From Cystobasidiomycetes sp. EMM_F5 (taxonomy: Eukaryota), in NCBI GenBank assembly GCA_051047955.1, contig JBPGPT010000029.1, positions 181,700 through 201,699 of the forward strand: DNA of 20,000 bases, written 5' to 3'. Within the stretch, counting starts at the first letter, position 1, and each line of letters opens with the position of its first letter. A program made the translations under genes and the position numbers. The notes beneath the pieces were generated by a model, which did not search any database, had not been told where the DNA came from, and saw nothing but the letters and a program-made list of their open reading frames with translations. Of the stretch, positions 9,836 to 20,000 are shown piece after piece.

Positions 9836-12800
9836 ATGGCCAGAGGAAACGCCGCATCGTCATCGGCATCGTCAGCGACAAAGAAGAAACAGGCTCGAAA
9901 GGCGGCAGCTGTAGCGGCGAGGAAAGAGGTCGCACATGATGACGGCGACGGCGACGAAGTCGGGCAGGATGTCCAGGTTGAATCTGCCCAAGAGCTGCAA
10001 GGACCCAGTTTACTCCCAGCCCAGAATGAGATTGTCAAAGAAAGCCAAATGGCAAAGGATACAGCCGAGCCTATACATGGTCTACCAGAAGCCATTTCCT
10101 CTGTGCAAACCGACGACGCACCCAGTCCGCGGCGACATGTGAACGAGTCCAGACAGCACCACGCCCCTTCCAGCAAAGACACTCACAAACCCAATACGTC
10201 ACATAAAATCAGTTCACAAACCGGGCCGAAAGAGCGCAATGGTGCTTCGACAACTACGCAAAAGAAGAAGCAATCCAAGAAGCACAAGAAAGGAGAGGCG
10301 CCTCCCCCACCTCGGAAAAAGCAATACATACCGCCGCCCAAACACGAAAACACCAACATTGACCCAATTGATCTGTATGGTCTGGGCACTTCAAACAGCG
10401 GCTATAGTCCAATATCTCCAGAAAAAATTGTGTCACTGCGGCTGCTCAACAAGAAGGACGTAGCAAGCATCGAACGCGGTCTAGAGGACATCCTTACGTG
10501 GCTGCGGCAGCTCGATGATGATCCCGACGGCGTCCTGCTGGCCGAAGTCATTGAAAGCCTTCCCGTCCTGGTATGTCCATGCCACACTGGCGCCAAGCGT
10601 TGCGTAAAGGCTGAACATTACCGCCTCAGGTACATCACGCTGCCAGATTGTCATCACACTCATCGAGGAAAGTTCGCCTTCAGAACGCAACAATCTGGTC
10701 AGACTTACTGACCAAGGGATCGTCTGCGAGCGTCGGCGCCGTAGTCTCGAAAATCGCAGAGCCCGCATTGTGGGAACAGCCCGATTTTTTACCCAGCCTT
10801 CTCCTTGCATCGTATGACGCGGACAAGTCAATACGCACTACATCGTCGAACACGTGGTCCAGTCTCTGCGATCAGATCGATATACACGACAAGGTCCCTC
10901 ACCTTGTCGACAGTTTAGAACGGATAATCGTCGAGAGGACGGAGATCGGTATCACTACTGATCTGGCAGAGGCTGAAGAACGGGACAGCAATGCAATTCG
11001 ACTCGCAGCTGCTTTTGGCGCCTTTGACGGCCTCCTTGCTACAGCATCAGAGGACCATTTTCACCTGTTCCACACAGTGCTTCATGATGATGCTGTCTAC
11101 AGCCTATTGCAACCAGCTACGTGCCAAATAGCTGCTGTTCGCCGCTCTGTGTGGCGTCTTGTCCAGTCAATCGCATCACTGAATCAAAGCCATCCCAAAT
11201 TCGAGATCCCCCTGGACGTTCTCAGCAAGCCAGTCTTCACCGCTGCTTTTGCCGAATATGATTATTCTACCCAAATAGTCTTATGGAATACGTTGCTGCC
11301 CCTCCTGCAAGTCTTTCCACATCTCTGGCGACTGTATGACGACGTTGACGAAATGTTTGTCGCGGAGCAAGATGCTAGTCAAATCGCCGGCGATGATGTG
11401 CTGGGAACAATTCAGGTTGTGACCTCGGACACTAGCACAGGTCAAAAGGGGCGACCTGTCAGTGGTGGATCTGAGGCACTTTCCCATTTCTGCGATCTCC
11501 TGCGAACAGGATTTAAAGGCAACGCCATACTAGGATATCCGCTGGTCCGCCCCATCTTGTCGACCATTCCTCATGAAATTATGGAAATCACCGAGCAGAA
11601 CCTGCAAACAATCTTTGAGGCGTTATGGAAGGGCTACACGGATCAGACTTTCATCGGTGCGGGGCCTGCGGGCACTTTGGCGTTTGTGTCTTGCATCGTT
11701 GAAATGGTGGTAGCACATTGGGCAGATCACAGCCACTTGCATGGTCTCCTGAGTCGCCAAATTCACCGTGTTTGGCGATTCCATCTTGAGCAAGAGGGTC
11801 TGGCGCGTCGCTCTGCAGCGATGAGCATGAGCACAACCCAGATATGCCAATTGGTTGTCAACGGTCTCAACCAAATCAACGCTATTGGCAGGCCAGCACT
11901 GGAGATCACTCTGTGGCCGGGAGTTGCTCGAGAAACGCAAAACGCTGTATCCGGAAAGGACTCTCGCCTTGCATTGGTAGCTCGTGCTTTGCAAGTTCTT
12001 GTACAAAATTCACATGACGGCCTAGCGGCTCTGGTACTGAGCCTCGAAAGAGCTTGTTGCCAGATCATCCTCAGGTCCGGCCTCGACAATGTCAAAGCGG
12101 CATTCCTGGTGAACATCCTTGAATTAGACGGACGTCAAATTCTCGATGATACAGCCACCGTGCATACTTTTGAAGACTGTGCCAAAACAATATCGCTGGA
12201 TCAAATCGATTTCCTCTCCATCTACTTGCGGTATCGCGGTCTGCAAGAGCCTTTTGACAATAACGTGCTACTGCGATTGAAGCAAGACTTGGCTGCAAAC
12301 GTGCGCTCTAATGGACTTCCCAGTCTCGCACTTGCCATGAAACCAATTAGGCAGGCAATCTGTCATGGTGTTGAGTCACTTCGTTGGAATCTTGACGAAG
12401 ATATTCTGTCGCATGCGTCTAGCTTCTTTCGCGAGGTGCCAACAAAATTCGAGCCCATCATTGACGTCCTGTTGTCGTTGGTAAATCCGCCCGTTTCTCT
12501 TCTATCTTCACCTGGGATTGATCGACTCCTAAATGTGGTCGTCGATGAGTTACGAGCAGCTTCGCATACGGTCCTGTCAGGGACTGGCGTATACCAAATA
12601 TCCACTGCGGATCTCGCCACCAAAATACAAGCCATTACAATCTTCATTGATCGATGCCCGCAAAATCTACTGCGAGATCTGAAGCCTTCTGAGCCATTGC
12701 TGCTCACTCTCTTTGATGTTGCTATCCTCATTCCAATTGCCCAGCCACCCCTGCTGCGCGCGTGTGATGTAGCAAGCAGACTGCTTCAAGGTGTTATCGC

Positions 12801-15800
12801 TCACGATCCGCATTCCGATGCGAAAACTAACAGTGCCATCATCGCTGTACATCTCGGTGAATATGTCGTAGACCCTCGTTGTCGACTCGAGTGAGTCGAA
12901 ATGGCGATATCTCGCGACTCTCCTGCTGACATTTGCGCCCAGTCCATATCAATTAGCTGGATGCCTCAGTCACTTACCGGTGTCAGGCGTCAACGACGTT
13001 TGGGTGGCGTTCTTGCCGCCTCAGGACACACTAGCGAATTTATCGGCAGAATTTTACGATATTTCACCCTCTGAAGATCTGGTCATCATGATTGAGGAAG
13101 ACCCGAACCTCCTGTTAGCTAATGCGACAGACACAAAAGTTTTGCAAGCGCTCGCGATACTGCAGCGGACGTTATGCGCTTGGGTAGCATACCTTTCTTA
13201 CGTCAAAACGCCTGGGAAACAGCACATCTGGCTGCTGGAGTACCTTCTTTTACCTCAAGCCTGTATAAGCTGCACGGAATCACCCATAACCACTGTATAC
13301 AGAAGCAGCCAAGAAGATATGGTAGCTGCTGCAGCCGTGTTTCAGCGTTTGACAATGCGTCTACTACAGATTGCAAGTATGGACATCAAAGACAAATGGC
13401 ACGCCGACGCTACAACCGCGCTGCGAGAGACAGTATCTCTAGACGATCCCGTCATTCAGCTAATGGTTCGCATCTTTCAAAATCTTTCGCCAGGTACAGC
13501 CAGAAGCGTCGTAGCAGTCCGGCTTTTGGATGGATTATTACAGCGCGCAGGTCTCGACCTCATCTCTGCTGACCAATGGACGACCTTAGCTCGATCCTGG
13601 CGTGATAAAAGTTAGTATTGGCAGCTACTTACGTTTAACAGCGTATCTAACCTCAGCTTAATGTGTGCTGCAGATCATGCCAAAAGTGTAACACTGATGA
13701 GGGGTATTCGAGACCACGTACATCATACAAACTTGTTTCAGCGCTACTATGCGGAAACTTCGAGCCTTTTGTCAACCATCAAGGCAGAAGATGTCAATAC
13801 GGCCGGCTTACATCTTCTTGAGCAAATGGTTGTTGCGGTCTGCCCAAGTCAGACAGAACAACAGAGTATGACACCACAGCGAGCCGTGTTCACTTTGCAA
13901 ACCATGCAATCATGGGCGGACAAGTGCGATGACTTGTCTGAAAACGCACAAAGTACCATGCTCCACGCGATGGCGTCTTTCATTGACGTCGTGCAGAATG
14001 TGCACGGAAAACATTGGGAGTTTATGATGGACTTAACGGAGGCTTCTATCGAGGTACCAATAGCAGTTGCGAGATAGATACTCATGCTGAGTCAATGTTT
14101 CTTCAGAACTTCGCATGGGCCAATGCATCCAGTCACTATGGCTTTTGGGCGGCGTGTAATTTCATTCAAGAGCTACAACGCTGTATGGCCTCCAATCGCG
14201 ACCTACGGAACTTCTTGCAGTCATCGTACAAGGGTATTATCCGCCTCTTACAAATAGCCTTCCTCTCTGCTTGGGATGACCCGACTCAGACACCAGCCAC
14301 ACCACTACTAGTATCTGGTCTGTGCAGATGTCTGGCGTCAGCGCCTGGCTCCTTTCCACCATCGCAGCTGCCAAAGGTTTGTTGTAGAGGCACAACCAGG
14401 CAGGTCAAAAGCTAAGCGTGAGGTTCTGGTAACTTGCAGCTTTTCAAATTATGCAGGTTGATCACAAATCGATTCGCATGGCATGTCTGCTTCGAATTCA
14501 CGACAAAATCTGCTCGAGACCTCACGGAGCAGTTGATTGTGCAGATTACTGTGGACAGCAGCGTCTCGGAAGTATCAATCAGAAGCATAGATCAGGTGCT
14601 CGATAACTTGGCTCTGGCGGGCTTCGACGTCGTAAAACCTAGTACGCATGCGCTCGAAGCTTACTTGATGGCTTGGACGGCCTTCTTTGCGCTCTATCAG
14701 GACTGTGTAAGCTAGGACCTTTTTCTGCTGCTGACTTGAGCTCATAACGTCCTTGAAGACGCATTCCATCAAAACTGCGTACACAGAACGAGTCCGGCAT
14801 TCGGGTCTATTGACAAGGGAGCTTCTGCCTACAATCTTCACCCTTGCGGGACTGCCAGGCCCAGTCAATCTCACTTCATTAAGCTGCTGGGATAGCGACT
14901 CTCTTGATCTAGCTAGTCAGTCTACTGAGACCCAGATCCGTTCATCAGACAATTGATTCCTTCCTTTCAGGCCGAGACTACAATGAGTCAGTGCCCCTCG
15001 CTATACTTGCAGGGCATACATACAACCTCTGCTTGAGTCACGTACCTGCCTTGGTCCGCAATGCATGGGAAGCCTGCAAAGACAAGCAACTGAGCGGGGC
15101 AATACTCAATTGGACAGCGACAAACTTTTCTCCTTCGTTCATCAAAAGGCAATTTGCCAGCATCTCCGAATCGGACGGTGACCGTCGCATAGAGGATGAT
15201 AGCACCGTAGTGAAGCTACTGCCAAACGTTAACGAGATCAAGGTCACCGTGAGCGTGCTCGTCCCAGTTCGTTATTCTCGACTGAGAACCAGCGTTTCTC
15301 CAGTACACGGTCGACGAGCAGCCAATGGAACTTTCGATTCGGTTTCCGCCAGAGTTTCCGCTATCTCCAGCTGAAGTAAGAGAAAGCAAGAAGCTTGGAA
15401 TCCAAGAATCAACGTGGCGCGCTTGGATGATGAACGTACAACTGGTCATGTCGGTTCAAGTATGTCGATAGTATTGTGCCAACGGACAAGCGCTAACGCA
15501 AATCGCAATCAGGGTGGTTCGGTAGCGGACGCTCTATTTCTGTTCAAGGCAAATGCAGCGAAACATTTCGACGGAGTTGAAGCCTGTGCAATATGCTATT
15601 CTGTAATATCTGTGACCGATAGGTCACTTCCGTCGAAACAATGTCGCACCTGCAAGAACGGTAGGTCTCTTGACGCTGTTATCTCAGTCACGTCTCACGT
15701 TCGCCCTATACACCGCAGCTTTTCATCCAGCTTGTTTGTACAAGTGGTTTGCAACTAGCCACAGTTCATCGTGAGCGCTCTTTCCTTTGCCGTTTGGCTC

Positions 15801-15870
15801 TGCAGGAAACATTTCATGAAGCTGATGACTACGTCTCGGCAGGTGCCCTCTCTGCCGCCAGTTGTTCTAG
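9836..15870 (+). CDS. LTN1: E3 ubiquitin ligase listerin (Ltn1/Rkr1) of ribosome quality control, ~1799 aa
   Basis: Twelve exons join in frame (5400 nt): 9836-10570, 10630-12890, 12943-13610, 13674-14053, 14107-14376, 14440-14706, 14759-14915, 14971-15248, 15304-15459, 15513-15660, 15719-15770, 15843-15870. N-terminal SSASSATKKKQARK...YIPPPK...DPID motifs, helical body, RWD-like YTVDEQPMELSIRFPPEFPL, and C-terminal RING-variant HFDGVEACAICYS...[32 protein letters not shown]. Confidence 0.96.
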
Positions 15871-18800
15871 CAATATACCCAGAAGTTGGTTGTGTTCCCT
15901 GTCGTTGTACCACAGTAAAGGAGCCACTCTCCACTACCGATTTGAAAGAAAATGTCTTCTACGGCATCCGGCGAGAGTAAGATTTGGTATCCTGGTCGCT
16001 ACAGGCATAATGCTTTGGTATGGTTAGCGCCTGTTAGCGTGTTTGCAAATTGATGTCAGGTTGACCGCATCGCGGCGTCATTGCGGCAAATACCGAGCGT
16101 ACTTGATAAAGCAACTCCTGGTTGGCGTTAATTAGTCGCTAAAGCGTAAGAATATGCTAGACATGAGATCTGACGCTAGACCAATCAGAACATGTCACGG
16201 GACATGCTTACTTATCGGCAAATTGGCGAACAAGGCTGTATTATTCTCGCCAGACCGGCTGCTTACCCAGCAATTTATGGGCATGTAGGCTACAGATTGA
16301 CGGAATTTTTCTCAACACGGCCCATAGCTTACCTTATGGCGTTCAGCAATGTGACGCGAATGGTGACGGTGTTTCGCAACGTGTTTGCCCAACTATTCAG
16401 CATATCTCGAGACCGTCGAGGGTAGCACAATCCCACCCCAGATGAGCAGCGTGCGTTGTGTGAGTGATATTCTGGCTATAATATCACAGCAGCCATTTTC
16501 TTATTGCCTTCGCTGCCATTCAGTGGTGTCTAGAGTAGATCTTGTTTTGTCTGACTACACGCAGTTACAAATTTCCGGGAGCACGCACATTCTACCTGCT
16601 GTGCAAAGTTATGCTTGCAGATGTTGGGCTGTTGTGAAGGCAAAACCGTTTTATCGATGATTTTTTTGCCAAGGATTTGTGTAATGTCCGAAGAAATTGG
16701 GAAAGTAGACTGAAATAATTCGAATGTTGCAAGAATATACCGCATATCTATTGAACTGCTAGAATGGCTTCAAGAATGTAAAGGGCTAGATAAACTTCTT
16801 ATTTTATCAAAATGAACTACGAGGCCCATAAAATGCGTATATCGAATCCAATAGTTCTGCATGCACGACATAGCATGTGCATAGTACGGCAGCGATGTGT
16901 TTAACGCATGAACTGCAAAAGCGGACGTGGGACAAGCGCCATTTATGGAGCCGAAGCAAATATTGTCCAAACGGCATCAAGACCTACAGCATCGTTTCAC
17001 GAGATGTTTATCTGCGCAATGAAAGTGATCAGACCCGTTAGCTTTTTTGGACTTTTGCATCGATGTATCATTTATTTATGGAATACAAGGATAGACAAAG
17101 TCCACTTCAACAACTACTTCTAAGACAAACAGCTCGTCGTGCGTCGAATAAATGTAGCGGCAGATCAAGTGCAGTGAATCTTTCCCTGTCTGGCTTAGCA
17201 TGCACCACACTGCGGAGATGCATTCTGTCATTCTTGAAAGGTTCTGAGCATGAGCTACGTTTGCCTTCGTCTCTTCCTTATTATTCTTCCTCGGCTTTCA
17301 AGTATTGAGTTTTGATTCGTACAAATGATGATTAAATTCATCGAATAAGCGAAGCAATACAAATTGATATAAACGTCGAAACGAGGTTACATGCACGAGT
17401 GAACGCAGGCGTTGATGTTACAATTGTCACAAGCACAATCAGAAGCCACTTATGTTTGAACCTTCTGCCGCGGTACTTCAGCCCTCAAAAACACTATCTA
17501 ATATGGAAGTTTCGTGACTTCGGAAAAGTTTGACTTTGGAGAAGTTGCCGACATAAGATTTTTTTTGCGAAAATGTTTGCGTGAGATACTCTCTATTCAG
17601 CCTATGTCCTGCAACAACACCGGTTATATCACGTAGTCGTTCAATTGCCCGGTCATTGCCATTCCCATATCTGTCCGGGCATGTTATCGCGGCGGCACTT
17701 AAGCCTTTTGCCAATGCAGGAAAACGTCTTATCTTCAATCTTGCCTTTCATCCCTGCTTTCACACTGGAATACATTCTGTCGACATGTCCACCTCATATC
17801 TGTCTTTCCAAACGTCTATTTTAATATCGGATATCAGGTAGTATGCTGAGTGAGTCCGGATTGCAGAGTACCTCAGCGCTTCTTCGCGCAGATCCTTGCG
17901 GTTCTTATGCCGCTCTTCGTATTAAATATATCTGCAAGTTTGGCAACGGAACGTTAGTTAGCGACTTGCATAGACTTTTGATAAGCTTGTCTCAACTAGT
18001 GTGTTCTGAACTTCCTCATTCCTCATCCATTCATATGAAACGATGAAAGTAGTTTAATTGCTATGAGCGGAGCTCGCAGGTCACTCAGTGGGACTGCTTC
18101 ACGCAATACACTGTGAAAAATATAGTAAACGTTCGACAGTTCGATGTATATCAATCTTTTGTCATGGACCGTCGTGGACCGCAAAGAACATCGTCGCAAG
18201 CAGCACGGCCCAGTATCTTTTTTCGAAGACCCGCGATTGTGCATTATATGAGCAAACAAAACTCACCCATAATTCATGCATTTGACCGTTTCGTCAGCAT
18301 CACTGTATTGATCGCACGCAGCAGATATATATGATCTCCAACAACAGAAAGGTAGCCTTGTCTTTTACAGCGGATATACCAATGCTGAAATCGAGACGAG
18401 TGCTGGAACAACGAAAGCGGTGACAAATCTTGTCGTCATTGAAATAGTTGAGGATTGTCGCCTTGCCGCACGTGATCGTAAACATCTGGACTGTCAGCTC
18501 CGCCATGGTCGCTAACGACGATTTGCTTAATGACTGCCCCAACGTTCATCACACTCTGAGCAGGGTGTACAGTGAAGATCTTATCGCGCTGTCGCTGTTT
18601 ATTTGTCAAGACGAAGGTGACGAAATGGATGTCTCAATGCTACGACTCACGCAACAGTCTTGGTCAGTCTGATGCAGACTGTACCGGCGTTGTCAGAGGA
18701 CGCAGAAGACTTTTCTGTCACCGTGGCGACGACGAGTCTCAGGTTCAGAAGGTGTTCCTGCGTGCAGATATGGTCAGGTTTGTACATTCATTAATGACTC

Positions 18801-20000
18801 CGAGCTACCGCAATCTCAGACGTGCGTATATAATAAATGGCTCGTGTATCAAGGTTATATTCGAAGCTGTCTTTAGACCAGATAAGTCCTCTGTGACGTA
18901 TTGACCCATGAAAACGCAGTCGTTCGCAAGCTGGTCGACCAAAGTATAGTTTCTGCGTAGTCGAGGAAATTTCTACTGTAGCTGGCGGACGCAATTTTTG
19001 ACGTATTTCTAGAATTGAAACAAGATCAACAGCTCTATGTGTACTACGTTAACTGGAGGCGGGGTACTAGTCGTCAATATCACCGATTCGGCTCAGTCTG
19101 CTAAAAGAGAGCGTTGTGATACGCCGCAGCTTCATTTGATCTGCAAATCAGTCTTGTTCTGGAGATTTGTAGGACAGACCACCCGCATTCTTGTGAGCGT
19201 CATCGCATATCAGTGAGTCAGCGCCGATATCACACTTTGTCATTTGCGTGACAATCGTTGCAGCATAGGCAAGGCGACAATGGTCTTCCTAAAGGCCCAG
19301 ACTATTAGTCCAGCGATTTCGAACACGCTTGGTACCCCCATTGTCGCTCTTGTCTCGAAACACTTCCGATAGGCTGGGCAAGAATTTGTTAGGCGGGCGA
19401 AGCTGGCACTCCTGATAGCGCTCGTGCGGCTGGTCATATTAGTATTTCACTTTCTGTTGTACTTGTAGCTCTTACTTAGACCAATCTACATGAAGTCCAT
19501 CCTCGACATTCAAAAGGTTATGAGCCCCGAGTACTGTTACACAGTCGGCATACTCGTCAACTGATCCTCAGCATCTCAATTCGCAGTCCAACTGTGCTCA
19601 AATTACGCTTCGAGTCCTCCTCGTACGTCAAAACGGCTTTCACAGTCGACACCATACTCCAGTCGCATCGACTGCGCGCAGCCATATCTGATTGCGTCAC
19701 ACGTCAAATTTGCTCTCAAACGCGCCCACATACGTCGTCCTGCGGCGTCTACTCACCGAGATACAACATCTCCCTCTGAAATTTCGTCGGACCTCATTCT
19801 CAGGTACTTTTACTCAGATATCAGTCAGGCACATTGTCGCGTAGCAGTTGTCACTTCGTCAAGATACGACCTGCCGATTTTCAGGGCAAACGGAGCAATT
19901 TTCACCTCCGTGCCTGACCAGGCACATCTCATCTTCATACCACCAACTTCGACCCCTTGCGTAATTCGGAATCCCTGCAAAATCTGTGTCCAAATAGCGC
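15871..20000. other. AT-richer block of more than 4.1 kb with no recognisable gene (candidate centromeric/GC-trough region, identity unresolved)
   Basis: No ORF-track entry over ~110 aa and none recognisable. Hand-counted low 60-nt lines at 16681, 17041, 17281 and 18001 are 30-35% GC, versus 53-57% for lines at 8101 and 9841. All other intergenic gaps in the window are 80-320 nt. Confidence 0.5.

Noticed and set aside
16188..16209. Paired RRRCATGYYY-like (p53-type) half sites
   Set aside because: The match is imperfect and no p53 family exists in fungi. Chance.
17162..17175. AGATCAAGTGCAGT resembling the U2 snRNA branch-recognition region (AGATCAAGTGTAGT)
   Set aside because: There is a mismatch in the invariant GTAGTA, and the flanks do not match U2 stem I or the downstream sequence. 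Likely chance.
19910..19925. Short palindrome GTGCCTG-AC-CAGGCAC (also an 8-bp hairpin near 16474-16497)
   Set aside because: Arms of 7-8 bp are expected by chance and there is no supporting context.
16000..20000. Degenerate transposon or micro-exon gene
   Set aside because: I found no RT, integrase or transposase motifs in the frames I read, and the scattered splice-like signals could not be assembled into a coherent protein. It cannot be excluded without searches.

Overview
This is eukaryotic, intron-rich fungal DNA, most likely from a basidiomycete yeast. That call is an inference from ~50-155 nt GT-AG introns with CTRAY branch sites and basidiomycete-type Sfp1, Ltn1 and Pet100 motifs. 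Positions 1-15870 hold seven very tightly packed genes whose exons I assembled by hand: a 5'-partial PAQR/IZH membrane protein (+), ETF alpha (+), an SFP1-like zinc-finger protein (-), TSC10 (-), a polyQ-rich TAF12 (-), PET100 (-, fragmented in the ORF track) and LTN1/RKR1 (+). Positions 15871-20000 switch abruptly to an AT-richer block of more than 4 kb with no recognisable gene, which is a centromere-like or otherwise unexplained region. The most notable points are that block, 80-127 nt gaps between same-strand genes (possible polycistronic transcription), an Sfp1-like protein of atypical architecture with an RRPE-like motif in its own promoter, and an overlapping uORF on PET100. No prokaryotic-type systems, CRISPR arrays, tRNAs or rRNAs were seen.
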